A stretch of 64,000 nucleotides of DNA from an uncultured Bacteroidales bacterium (GTDB lineage: Bacteria; Bacteroidota; Bacteroidia; Bacteroidales; FEN-979): positions 8,584 through 72,583 of the forward strand of contig CAIWXI010000135.1 of NCBI GenBank assembly GCA_903916595.1, read 5' to 3'. Positions 9,692 through 18,580 of the stretch are shown here, in pieces. Position numbers and translations under genes: made by a program. Position 1 is the first letter of the stretch. Every line of letters starts with the position of its first letter. The notes beneath the pieces were generated by a model, which worked only from the letters and a program-made list of their open reading frames with translations, did no database searches and was not told where the DNA came from.

Positions 9692-10345
9692 TTATCTCAG
9701 TAAATAGCACAGCCCAACCCTGAGCTGCAGCATCTGGAGGTTCTTGAATTTATCGTTGTTGGAAAAATTAATCTGGTTCGTGGTCCATTTGTAGTTGAAA
9801 GCAATCTGTGCTCCAAAATTACTGAAGGCCCCAAATTTGATGAGAGCGCCAATCTCGGGTGTAAGAGAAAAATCCCAATAGGTTTTATAAATATCAAGCT
9901 CCTGTATAAGCAAATGATGTTCCATATAATCGCCTCCAATACCCAGGCTGATGTATGGAGAGATCATTTTTGAAGGGATGAAATAATAATCTATTGCTGC
10001 CTGGAATGGCACCATCCAAGTAAACCTGTAATTGACGGCTGTAAGTGCGACACCATTGTCGCCGTAAAAGGTCTGCTGAGGATAATCCTGCCATACGCGC
10101 TGCCATTGTATGTTGAACCCGGCTGCAAAGTTTGTCCCCGGGATGAAATAGCGACCGCCAAAATTAAAACCGGCAGGACTTCCGTTACCAACCCATTTGT
10201 TGAAATCGCCAATCGTCCACAAGGTGTTCCAGGCAAAAGTATAATATGACGAGGGTTTATATCCGGGTGATGTAGATTGTTCCTGGGCAACGACACTGAC
10301 CGATAAAAGCACGCTTAGTATCAGAAATAAAAATATCTTCTTCAT
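9692..10345 (-). CDS. Outer membrane beta-barrel (porin-family) protein
   Basis: 217 aa. Signal peptide followed by Gly/aromatic-rich amphipathic strands. Confidence 0.65.
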   Translation of the reverse strand: MKKIFLFLILSVLLSVSVVAQEQSTSPGYKPSSYYTFAWNTLWTIGDFNKWVGNGSPAGFNFGGRYFIPGTNFAAGFNIQWQRVWQDYPQQTFYGDNGVALTAVNYRFTWMVPFQAAIDYYFIPSKMISPYISLGIGGDYMEHHLLIQELDIYKTYWDFSLTPEIGALIKFGAFSNFGAQIAFNYKWTTNQINFSNNDKFKNLQMLQLRVGLCYLLR

Positions 10346-10367
10346 AAATTTTTAATTTTCATGGTTA

Positions 10368-11003
10368 TTATAAGCTTGTTTTAAGGACTGGTGTCTGAGC
10401 GAAAGACTGGTCAATGCTATTTGTTATATCGACGGTTGTGTGAGTGCCGGTAAGCAATCCGCGTATAAAAGCATTCCAAACAACCGGAATCTGCCCCTTG
10501 GGATTGATCTTTTTAAAATTTACCATTTCGATAGAAAGAGTGCCTGAAGAGTAGGATGTGTAATAGGTTGGATAATACGGATAATAATAACTGTTACCGG
10601 GATATCCCCACCAGTCGGGAGGATAATACCCGGGGTAGCCCCAGTACCATCCTGGATAATACGCGGTGACATTGGTGACTTCGATTGCCGAAACATTGAT
10701 CCCTAAATCAGGATTTGTTGATTTTGCAACCTCCTGATATCCCCTGGAAGTAAGATCCTGGGCAATTCTTGTAAGAACAGCCTTTGCCTGGGCGTCGAGA
10801 ATTTTTTTAGTTGATTTGTCAGAGATGTAGCTGATGGAATCTACCATGCTGAAAGTCTTGTACTGCCCGAAATTTGTATTTACGTCATACTGTGTCAGTA
10901 CGGCCAGATCCTCAAGCAAACGGCTTGAAAGAGGAGGGTATTTTGAGCATGATGCCAGGCTCAGAAACCCTGCGGCAAGTAATGTTAGTTTAAAAAATCT
11001 CAT
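10368..11003 (-). CDS. DUF4136-like lipoprotein
   Basis: 211 aa. Lipobox LSLASCSKY and a Tyr/Trp/Pro/Gly-rich insert (YYPGWYWGYPGYYPPDWWGYPG). The family call is from memory only. Confidence 0.6.
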   Translation of the reverse strand: MRFFKLTLLAAGFLSLASCSKYPPLSSRLLEDLAVLTQYDVNTNFGQYKTFSMVDSISYISDKSTKKILDAQAKAVLTRIAQDLTSRGYQEVAKSTNPDLGINVSAIEVTNVTAYYPGWYWGYPGYYPPDWWGYPGNSYYYPYYPTYYTSYSSGTLSIEMVNFKKINPKGQIPVVWNAFIRGLLTGTHTTVDITNSIDQSFAQTPVLKTSL

Positions 11004-11042
11004 ATTGATGTCATTTAAATTATTATAATATGTTTGATTGCT

Positions 11043-11687
11043 TTAATATGTTATCCTGGTGGCGTTCGCATCAGGTACATATCCCAGACGGAAAATAAGC
11101 CCCCCGGTAAACCCGAACTGCACCATCGTGGAATTCAGAGAAACTCCTCCGCCAGATCCTCCGGTACCTATAACGAAACAAAATCCGGCGCCCTGAATCG
11201 GAACCAAAGCCTGGGCTTGTAACCGTATACCGAAACGTTTGCTGAAATAAATCTTGGCCCCTCCGTTTAACCCCATCGAGAAAAACCATTCAGCAGTATA
11301 ATCACTGCTTTTTGGAGCCATCAGGCAGGCGCCGGCATTTATTCCGCAGAAAGGAGAGAACATGGTACTGATCCGGAAATTCTTTGTAAATCCAATATGC
11401 ATGTAATTAATGCTGAGAGGAGCCTGCTGGTAAGGATAGTTAATTACATTAAGCTCAGCTTTGGTGTCGATCCGGTTATACAAAATATCAACATCAATAA
11501 CCCGGCTTACTCCCACAGAGACCATCCCTCCGTACTGAGCATTACCGTTAAACCTCACATAGCCGCCCGATACGCTGATTCTCGCAGGAAAAACATAGCC
11601 TCCGAAGGGAGAAATTTCAACCGTCTGTGCCTGCATGAACAGAGGGAAAAACAAAACGGTTATCAATAAGATAATCAGACGTTTCAT
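11043..11687 (-). CDS. Outer membrane beta-barrel (porin-family) protein
   Basis: 214 aa. Signal peptide and a small-barrel strand pattern. Confidence 0.65.
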   Translation of the reverse strand: MKRLIILLITVLFFPLFMQAQTVEISPFGGYVFPARISVSGGYVRFNGNAQYGGMVSVGVSRVIDVDILYNRIDTKAELNVINYPYQQAPLSINYMHIGFTKNFRISTMFSPFCGINAGACLMAPKSSDYTAEWFFSMGLNGGAKIYFSKRFGIRLQAQALVPIQGAGFCFVIGTGGSGGGVSLNSTMVQFGFTGGLIFRLGYVPDANATRITY

Positions 11688-11795
11688 AGAGATAGTTTAA
11701 ATAAATAAATACGTTATGCGGTCATTCCTTCATGAAATCAACGCAAAGATACTCAATCGGCCGTTTATGTCAACCAAACTTTGTTTGGTTTTCTC

Positions 11796-11803
11796 TATCT
11801 TTG
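11796..11803 (+). promoter_or_regulatory. -7 box TATCTTTG
   Basis: Matches TAnnTTTG and lies 40 nt upstream of the ATG at 11843. Confidence 0.4.
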
Positions 11804-11842
11804 GCCGCTGACAAAGCAAACTTTTTTTTATTTTTTCTGCGG

Positions 11843-13399
11843 ATGGATGAGCTCCAGGATTACATTGTTATTGGGTCAGGTTTTGGCGGAAGCGTTTCTG
11901 CCATGCGGCTTGCCATGAAAGGATATTCAGTGCTTGTACTCGAAAAAGGCAAGAGATACAGGACCGAAGATTTTCCAAAAACCAACTGGAACCTCAGGAA
12001 ATACCTCTGGTTGCCAAGGTTTGGAATGTACGGATTTCAACGACTCGACCTGTTCAGGCATGCCTTCATCCTCAGCGGAACAGGGGTGGGAGGGGGAAGC
12101 CTGGTGTATGCCAATACACTGATGAAACCTGCAGACCAGTTCTTCAGGCACGAACAATGGAAACGGTTCAATGACTGGAAAACTGTGCTTGAGCCATTCT
12201 ATGAGGAAGCTCACCGGATGCTGGGCCGCGTAAAACTTCAGAAGTTCTATGTTGAAGATGAAACCCTAAGGGACGTGGCCAGGGATATGGGCCGTGAGGA
12301 TTCGTTTGACCATGTATACGTGGCGGTTTATTACAATGAGAATGAAAAAGGCTGTGATCCTTATTTTAATGGCGAAGGCCCGCACCGAAACCCCTGCAAG
12401 GAATGTGCGGGTTGTATGGTAGGCTGTAGGGAAAACGCTAAAAACACCCTCGATAAGAATTATCTCTGGTTCGCCGAAAAACACGGAGCAGAAATTCTTC
12501 CCGAAACCCAGGTGTTTAAAATAACATATGAGAATGGGATTTACTCGGTACATACTCACCGCCTGAATAAGAAAGGGGAGCATATCTTTCGCTCCAAAGG
12601 TCTCATCGTTGCGGGGGGAGTGCTGGGAACAATGAAACTGCTGCTTCATCAGAAACATATCTATAAAACCATGCCGGGGCTGAGCGACAGGCTGGGCGAA
12701 GGACTACGTACCAATTCAGAAACCCTTTGCTCCGCTTCAGGCGCCAACGTAAAGCTGAATAATGGCCTGGCGATCAGTTCCATTTTCAAGCCTGCTGATG
12801 ATACCTGGATTGAGATCGTGAAATACCCCGATGGTTCCAATGCAATGAAAGGGTTGGTAACTCTGGCAACAGGCAATGCGAACCCCTACTTTCTGAGGCC
12901 CTTGAAATTTCTGGCCAATGTGATAATTCATCCTCTGAAATTCCTTCGGATGATGTTCAATATGAACTGGGCCACAAATACTGTGATCTTTCTGGTGATG
13001 CAAACAGCCGATAATGCTATGCGCATGACTCTGAAAAAAGGGCTTTTCCATCATCGCCTCACTATAAAAAATGATGGAAACAAAAAAGTGAATGCCTTTA
13101 TCCCCCTGGGTCAGGAAGTCATGAACCGCTATGCAAAAAAAGTGAATGCCATTCCGCAGAACTCAGCCATGGAAATACTGTTCAATGTGCCTTCCACGGC
13201 ACATATCCTGGGCGGATGTCCGATGGGTGAGACGGTAAACGAGGGAGTCATTGACAGTAAGTTCCAGGTGCACGGATATCCCGGCATGTATGTAGTAGAT
13301 GGCTCGTCAATCCAGGGAAACCTGGGCGTGAACCCGAGCTTTACGATCACTGCCCAGGCCGAGTACGCCATGTCGCTTATCCCGGAAAAGAAAGGCTAA
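11843..13399 (+). CDS. GMC family oxidoreductase (cholesterol-oxidase-like)
   Basis: Has the FAD fingerprint DYIVIGSGFGGSV...LEKG directly after the ATG at 11843, and a C-terminal GMC region (HILGGCPMG). The track start at 11732 adds an implausible leader. Confidence 0.85.
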   Translation: MDELQDYIVIGSGFGGSVSAMRLAMKGYSVLVLEKGKRYRTEDFPKTNWNLRKYLWLPRFGMYGFQRLDLFRHAFILSGTGVGGGSLVYANTLMKPADQFFRHEQWKRFNDWKTVLEPFYEEAHRMLGRVKLQKFYVEDETLRDVARDMGREDSFDHVYVAVYYNENEKGCDPYFNGEGPHRNPCKECAGCMVGCRENAKNTLDKNYLWFAEKHGAEILPETQVFKITYENGIYSVHTHRLNKKGEHIFRSKGLIVAGGVLGTMKLLLHQKHIYKTMPGLSDRLGEGLRTNSETLCSASGANVKLNNGLAISSIFKPADDTWIEIVKYPDGSNAMKGLVTLATGNANPYFLRPLKFLANVIIHPLKFLRMMFNMNWATNTVIFLVMQTADNAMRMTLKKGLFHHRLTIKNDGNKKVNAFIPLGQEVMNRYAKKVNAIPQNSAMEILFNVPSTAHILGGCPMGETVNEGVIDSKFQVHGYPGMYVVDGSSIQGNLGVNPSFTITAQAEYAMSLIPEKKG

Positions 13400-13409
13400 A
13401 GGAGTAAAC

Positions 13410-13973
13410 TTACCTGATATCCCCTATCAGGACATTCCATATTTTTAAGGTATCCCGGCCGAAGACTTTATCTTGCTTTAATGCAAAGATATCGGCAAAC
13501 CTTGTCTTTGGCTGAGAATGATTCCTGACGGCCTGCCTGGCATCTGGCATTGCGGCCATAAAAGATAACTGGCCGTAATAAACGCTATCGCTGAGGCGTT
13601 GAAGAGTTTTGAAAACCCTGATAGAATCGACAACAACTCCTTTCATCCGGGCTGTTACTTCTTTCCCAGGATAACACAAAGCCAGGGCCATTGCTCCCGC
13701 CTTTTCCTTAAAAGCCTTGTCGGCGGTACTGTCATTCATCACTTTCAGGTAATCGCGCAGATCGCCCAGCTTTATACAGGCCGTTGCCTCAAAAGCTCTC
13801 AGGGCAGGCTGATCCAGACTGTCTGATTGAAATACTGATGTAATGCTGTCCCGGTCCCTTGTGGCCCGGTTTTTTTCCTGTTCACGCGTAAGCTGCTCGT
13901 TGCTGTCACAGCTTTTTCCGCATACAATAAAGTAAACGAGAATCAGTGCCGATATTTGAAAAAACCTTCTCAT
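13410..13973 (-). CDS. Hypothetical secreted protein or lipoprotein
   Basis: 187 aa. N-terminal hydrophobic segment followed by Cys (VCGKSC). Its start overlaps the upstream gene stop in ATGA. Confidence 0.5.
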   Translation of the reverse strand: MRRFFQISALILVYFIVCGKSCDSNEQLTREQEKNRATRDRDSITSVFQSDSLDQPALRAFEATACIKLGDLRDYLKVMNDSTADKAFKEKAGAMALALCYPGKEVTARMKGVVVDSIRVFKTLQRLSDSVYYGQLSFMAAMPDARQAVRNHSQPKTRFADIFALKQDKVFGRDTLKIWNVLIGDIR

Positions 13974-14941
13974 GACGATGTTTTTACCCTGAACCTCAAT
14001 ACGGTGATCCTTCCATCCCTTAACCTGGTATCAAGGATTTCAATATTTTTCAGGCTGCCCGATGGCATGCTCAGTTTATCAATAAACTCCTGCTTGTTCA
14101 GAAGTTCCATCCCGCCGGCCACATTCTTTTCACTGTATACCTTGTAGATCATGGCCCCGTCGTCGATCATGTTCTCAAGCCTGGCTCTTCTTTTTGCCCA
14201 GTCATCTACTTTCATTTGTGAAAAATAATGGATCATCAGGGCGTAGTCGTTGGCATGAAGGTTTACAATTTCATTCAGGTTGAGCTTCTCAACAATGCGT
14301 GTGATGGTGTCGCTCTGGTAATACGGTGCGGAAACCACGAGTTTTACCTTGCTCTTATCCGTTTTCAGAAAGAAACATCCGTCCGGGCCCGAATAATTCG
14401 TTGCAGGAGATTCACCGTCAAGTAGAACCTGGACCTGTATTTTTGTATTGACAATAGGCTCCCTGGTATCGGCATCATAAAAACAGAACTTATACTCCCT
14501 GGTGTTGAACAGTTTGAATATTCCGAAAAAGATCAGTACGATAAATACTGTGGCCACAGGGATGATGATAAAGTAACGGTTTGACCTGTCGGGTGCAGGT
14601 TGAACTACTGCAGGTGCAGCAAGGGCACCGGTTTGAGAAGCCCCGATAAGATCCTGGTTTTTATATACAAAATCATCCCAGTTTGAATACCCTGCGTATT
14701 TGCTTAAAAGGTTCAGAACATCAATTCTTGGCAGGGATTTACTCACCGATTTCATATGAGTATAAAACCACTTTTCGCTGATATGGGCATTCACACATTT
14801 AAGCAGCTCTTCCTGGAAATCTGTTATTTCCTGTCCCTTCCATTCCGATATGTCAGGATTGATTCCCGGGTATGACTGTTGCATCATGGCCACAATCTTT
14901 TTTTTCAGTTCCTCGAAATATGCTATCTGGTTCCGGGACAA
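13970..14941 (-). CDS. Hypothetical single-pass membrane protein
   Basis: 323 aa. It has a cytoplasmic N-domain, one TM helix (IIIPVATVFIVLIFFGIF), then a beta-rich segment resembling a carboxypeptidase-regulatory-like fold (FCFYDADTREPIVNTKIQV...). The start codon at 14941 is TTG. Confidence 0.55.
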   Translation of the reverse strand: MSRNQIAYFEELKKKIVAMMQQSYPGINPDISEWKGQEITDFQEELLKCVNAHISEKWFYTHMKSVSKSLPRIDVLNLLSKYAGYSNWDDFVYKNQDLIGASQTGALAAPAVVQPAPDRSNRYFIIIPVATVFIVLIFFGIFKLFNTREYKFCFYDADTREPIVNTKIQVQVLLDGESPATNYSGPDGCFFLKTDKSKVKLVVSAPYYQSDTITRIVEKLNLNEIVNLHANDYALMIHYFSQMKVDDWAKRRARLENMIDDGAMIYKVYSEKNVAGGMELLNKQEFIDKLSMPSGSLKNIEILDTRLRDGRITVLRFRVKTSS

Positions 14942-14968
14942 AGTTCCTGTGTTTTATAAGTTATTGTA

Positions 14969-15007
14969 TGTAAAACTCTTGTAAAACTATTTACAATTAT
15001 TTTACAA
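14969..15007. promoter_or_regulatory. Four phased TTGTAAA half-sites (candidate operator) in a divergent promoter region
   Basis: TGTAAAA occurs at 14969 and 14980. TTTACAA occurs at 14990 and 15001. Spacings are 11, 10 and 11 nt. The outer pair forms cttgtaaaa / ttttacaag, a perfect 9-bp inverted repeat. Confidence 0.5.
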
Positions 15008-15148
15008 GCGTATTTCTAATACATTCTATAATGTCGAATTAATTTCGCCATGAAAAAATACCCAAAGGCATTGCAAAACCAAAAGTAAGAAAAAGAATTA
15101 CCTAAGTCAAATTTGAGAAGTATTAATCAAAAAAACGAGAAACAAACA

Positions 15149-15730
15149 ATGAAAACAAAAACCAGAACTATCGTTTCAATTTTTATCGCGTTTACCATAA
15201 TCTTAAGCGCAATGATAACATTCGGGGCCTATGCCCAGAAAAAATCCGGAAAGATCAAAATCGGGACTTACGACTCCCGTACAATCATCTTTGCCTGGTC
15301 AAGGACAGACCTTCTAAAACAGTACCTTGTAAGATTACGCCAAAAGTCTGATTCTGCCGAAAAAGTTCATGATACGGCCAGGATCAAGGAACTTAGCGTG
15401 GGGGCCATGTCATTCCAGCACCTTCTCCACCTGATGATTTTCAGCACGGGATCTGTCGCATCTTTCATGAAAGTGATTAAAGACAAACTCCCCCAACTGG
15501 CGAAAACAGAAGGTGTAAGTATAATTGTGAGCAAGTGGGAGCTCAACTACAGCGATCCTTCTTTTGAAGTCATTGACCTTACTAAACAGGTTGCAGCGCT
15601 TTTTCAGCCCAAGGAAAATATCGACAAGATGGCAGCGGATATTGCAGGGCAGCCTCCGGTTCCAATTGAAGATTTTGGGATAGAAACGGATATGCTCGAC
15701 GGCTATTGCAAGAGGTTTGATGAAAAGTAA
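15149..15730 (+). CDS. Hypothetical exported protein
   Basis: The ATG at 15149 (MKTKTRTIVSIFIAFTIILSAM...) gives a signal/anchor sequence. The track start at 15113 is TTG. Confidence 0.5.
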   Translation: MKTKTRTIVSIFIAFTIILSAMITFGAYAQKKSGKIKIGTYDSRTIIFAWSRTDLLKQYLVRLRQKSDSAEKVHDTARIKELSVGAMSFQHLLHLMIFSTGSVASFMKVIKDKLPQLAKTEGVSIIVSKWELNYSDPSFEVIDLTKQVAALFQPKENIDKMAADIAGQPPVPIEDFGIETDMLDGYCKRFDEK

Positions 15731-15742
15731 TTTCGCCAGTTA

Positions 15743-15800
15743 TTCGCACCAATTGTTTATTTCTTTTGCGTGCTCATTACGGCTTCGCCGAACGCTATTT
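15743..15800. repeat. Dispersed intergenic leader element, copy A, ending in one CGCTATTT octamer
   Basis: About 85% identical to 57921-57974. It contains an identical 20-mer, tcattacggcttcgccgaac, at 15774-15793. Confidence 0.8.
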
Positions 15801-15832
15801 AATATCTTTACAAACCCTTAAAACCAAAAACC

Positions 15833-16237
15833 ATGTTAGAGCATTTGCACAATCACATTACAAAGGAACTGGAGCAGAATACAAAGACCGATACGATCTT
15901 TATTCTGACAGCAATAATTTTGAACCTGATCACCCTTGCTGTGAATTCCGGAATGGTGGAAAAATCGCGCACTGAAAAGTCATCACTTATGGTGATGTTT
16001 ATATTTGTTGTCCTCATCATTGTTGTGAACCTGGTGGTGGTTATAGGCCTTTTAAAAGGGAGGCAGACCAGGGTGAAACTAACCAATGGACTCATTGCCA
16101 TGTACCGCGACCAGAATGTTTCAAAGTATTATGACGAGACTCTGCTTGCAAACTATAATGTGAGGTATAACCTTTTCCTCATGGTTGTAGTATGTACAGG
16201 TCTGATTGCATCGGTCGTGCCATTTATTATGAGATGA
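15833..16237 (+). CDS. Hypothetical membrane protein
   Basis: 134 aa with three predicted hydrophobic helices. No family recognised. Confidence 0.45.
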   Translation: MLEHLHNHITKELEQNTKTDTIFILTAIILNLITLAVNSGMVEKSRTEKSSLMVMFIFVVLIIVVNLVVVIGLLKGRQTRVKLTNGLIAMYRDQNVSKYYDETLLANYNVRYNLFLMVVVCTGLIASVVPFIMR

Positions 16238-16261
16238 AAAGCACATTCTATACACTGGTCG

Positions 16262-17515
16262 TTAATCTGTTCTTACGATCGTGAAAGCCATAAAGGCTTT
16301 GCCGTGCCTGATGTAGAGATTTCCCCTGTCAATAACAGGATGGGAGAAATGTTCTTTAGTCCCTTTGGGAACTCTGAAAAAGCTTACAATGTCCATCTTC
16401 CCCTTATCGGGATTAATAAGCTGAATCTCTCCCTTTTGATTATAATAGTAAAGCATTTTACCGTCGGAGATGATTGCGCCGGTGCCACATTTGAGCGAAT
16501 CCAGAATAGTCCCTGTTTTAGTGTCAATGCATAGCAGTGACTTCCGGTTATCGGAACAGCTGTAGATCTTTTCTCCCTGGATAATGAAGCCTCCCATATA
16601 ATTGTCAACTGTTGGATTCCTCCATATCTGGCGCACGGTCCGGCCCTGGTTCTCAAGCGCCAGTTTTACAGCTCCGTTCCCGTCGCCTGCGATATAATAA
16701 ATAAATCCGGCATCATACCAGACCGTATTGCTGTGAGTGTCGCCGTTTCCCGGTTTTCTCTCGGCCAGAGGGGTGTTGACCTGTTCGTGAACCCAGAGCA
16801 GTTCTCCCGATTTAGCATCTATCCCTAAGAGGGAATAGGCAGAAAAAACAACCAGTACCGATCGTTCCACGAACTTTATAAGCAGGGGGGAATTATAAGC
16901 AGGCTTTTCGCCCCTTCCTTTGCATACCCATATGATCTTCCCTGTAAGCCGGTTTAAGGCAACCACGTTGGTGTCCCGTCCGCCCGGCATGAAAAACACC
17001 ATGTCCCCTTCAACCAGAGGCGATTCGGAATGCCCGTGCAGGGGCAGGACGCCATGAAGCTCAGTCCGGTTCACTATCCAGATAAGTTTACCTGTTTTAA
17101 GCTCTATGCAAGCAATATTTCCAATTCCTGAACTAACATAGATCATTCCTTCATGAATGGTCGGGGTCATGCGGGAACCCTGGAAGGTCTTGGTCCATTC
17201 CTTGCCAAACGCGGTTTTCCAGAGAATTTTTCCTCCGAGGTCAAGAGCAAAGAGATAGGCTGTAGAATCCACTTCGCCGCAGATGAAGATCTGGTTCTCG
17301 TGAAAGGAGGGAGAGCCATAGCCATTCCCTATTTCTGTGTTCGCCCAGGCCATGACAGGCCCTTCGGGCGGCCAGAAATTCTGTAAAGAAGCTTCATTGT
17401 ATACTCCCCTGCGTTCGGCGCCTCTCCACTGACTTACCGATTGAGATACAGAAATGTAATACATTAATAAAAGCGTAAGAAGTAAGGGCAGTTTAAGAGA
17501 AATGGTGGGTCGCAT
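16262..17515 (-). CDS. PQQ-like beta-propeller repeat protein (BamB-like fold)
   Basis: 417 aa. Signal peptide, then repeated segments such as G.IYV...G.L.A.D..TGK..W. Confidence 0.7.
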   Translation of the reverse strand: MRPTISLKLPLLLTLLLMYYISVSQSVSQWRGAERRGVYNEASLQNFWPPEGPVMAWANTEIGNGYGSPSFHENQIFICGEVDSTAYLFALDLGGKILWKTAFGKEWTKTFQGSRMTPTIHEGMIYVSSGIGNIACIELKTGKLIWIVNRTELHGVLPLHGHSESPLVEGDMVFFMPGGRDTNVVALNRLTGKIIWVCKGRGEKPAYNSPLLIKFVERSVLVVFSAYSLLGIDAKSGELLWVHEQVNTPLAERKPGNGDTHSNTVWYDAGFIYYIAGDGNGAVKLALENQGRTVRQIWRNPTVDNYMGGFIIQGEKIYSCSDNRKSLLCIDTKTGTILDSLKCGTGAIISDGKMLYYYNQKGEIQLINPDKGKMDIVSFFRVPKGTKEHFSHPVIDRGNLYIRHGKAFMAFTIVRTD

Positions 17516-17519
17516 AAAG

Positions 17520-18461
17520 TTATGTTTGTTGTTGTTTGGTTAGAACCAGGATCATGTATTTTTTTTCTGAAATAAAAGCTGCAGTGTCAAGTTTCGAAAA
17601 TTCTTTTGTCAGTTTTTTCGAAAGTTTATCCCTGATCTCACGGGTGAGATGATGCAGCCATGCCAGTTTAACCAGTAGTTTATCCTCAAGGTATAATAGT
17701 AAAGGGTTCACTATACGGGTCACATACATGTTTGCAAATTTAAGAGTTGGCAGAACGTGGAATGTGATGTCTTCCTGATAAATAATTTTCCACCCGTGCT
17801 CGCCGACCATCTTCTCAAACTCTTCAAATTTTTTTTGATATTTTTTATCGGGAAACTGCTGAATCGAGAAGTAATCGGCAATGATCCATCTCCCTTCAGG
17901 AGCAATGATCTCACCGGCTTTCTCAAAAGCCTTTTTCATGTCGATATATTGAAATGATTCAGCATTCAGCAGTGTGCCATATTTTTTCTCTGTCCTGAAA
18001 TCTTCGAATTTCAGGTTATGGGAAGGCAAATCCGGGTAATTCTTCCTTACATAAGTGATCTGGCCGATGTTGGGAGTAAGAACCTCAACCTGATATCCGT
18101 GTTTGTGGATCAGGTTTGCAATGCCCCCGATGCCGCAACCGATGTCGAGAACAGGCAGGAATTTGTCGTGCATGTGACTGATCAGTTTCTCAGCATACCT
18201 GATCTGGGCATTTTCCACATCGTTGAATGATAGTTTTTCCGGTTCCGTATCTACATCCTCGAAGTACCCGTAATGAAGCATATCGTTCGAAAGCATCTCG
18301 GCATAAAGCCTTAGCTCCATGTCATGGCTCACTTTACAGTATTTTTTCTGTTTACGATGGAATTTTATTGCCCGTATAATCCTTGCCGGATTCAGAAGAC
18401 CAAGAAGATAGACGGTCAGCTTTTTAGGCGGTTTTTCTATTATAGGTTGTTTTTCCGTCAT
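17520..18461 (-). CDS. Class I SAM-dependent methyltransferase
   Basis: Motif I is VLDIGCGIGG. The stop lies 4 nt upstream of the start of the propeller gene. Confidence 0.8.
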   Translation of the reverse strand: MTEKQPIIEKPPKKLTVYLLGLLNPARIIRAIKFHRKQKKYCKVSHDMELRLYAEMLSNDMLHYGYFEDVDTEPEKLSFNDVENAQIRYAEKLISHMHDKFLPVLDIGCGIGGIANLIHKHGYQVEVLTPNIGQITYVRKNYPDLPSHNLKFEDFRTEKKYGTLLNAESFQYIDMKKAFEKAGEIIAPEGRWIIADYFSIQQFPDKKYQKKFEEFEKMVGEHGWKIIYQEDITFHVLPTLKFANMYVTRIVNPLLLYLEDKLLVKLAWLHHLTREIRDKLSKKLTKEFSKLDTAAFISEKKYMILVLTKQQQT

Positions 18462-18515
18462 CCGGTTCAGTTTCGTTCATGACTTTTTTGCTACGGGCCA
18501 AAGCCCTAAACGGCT

Positions 18516-18523
18516 CAAAAATA
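18516..18523 (-). promoter_or_regulatory. -7 box TATTTTTG (minus strand)
   Basis: Plus strand reads caaaaata. It lies 55 nt upstream of the ATG at 18461. Confidence 0.35.
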
Positions 18524-18580
18524 CATCAAATAATGAATGAAACTAAAAAATGAAATCAAATTTAAATAATATGATCGCGA

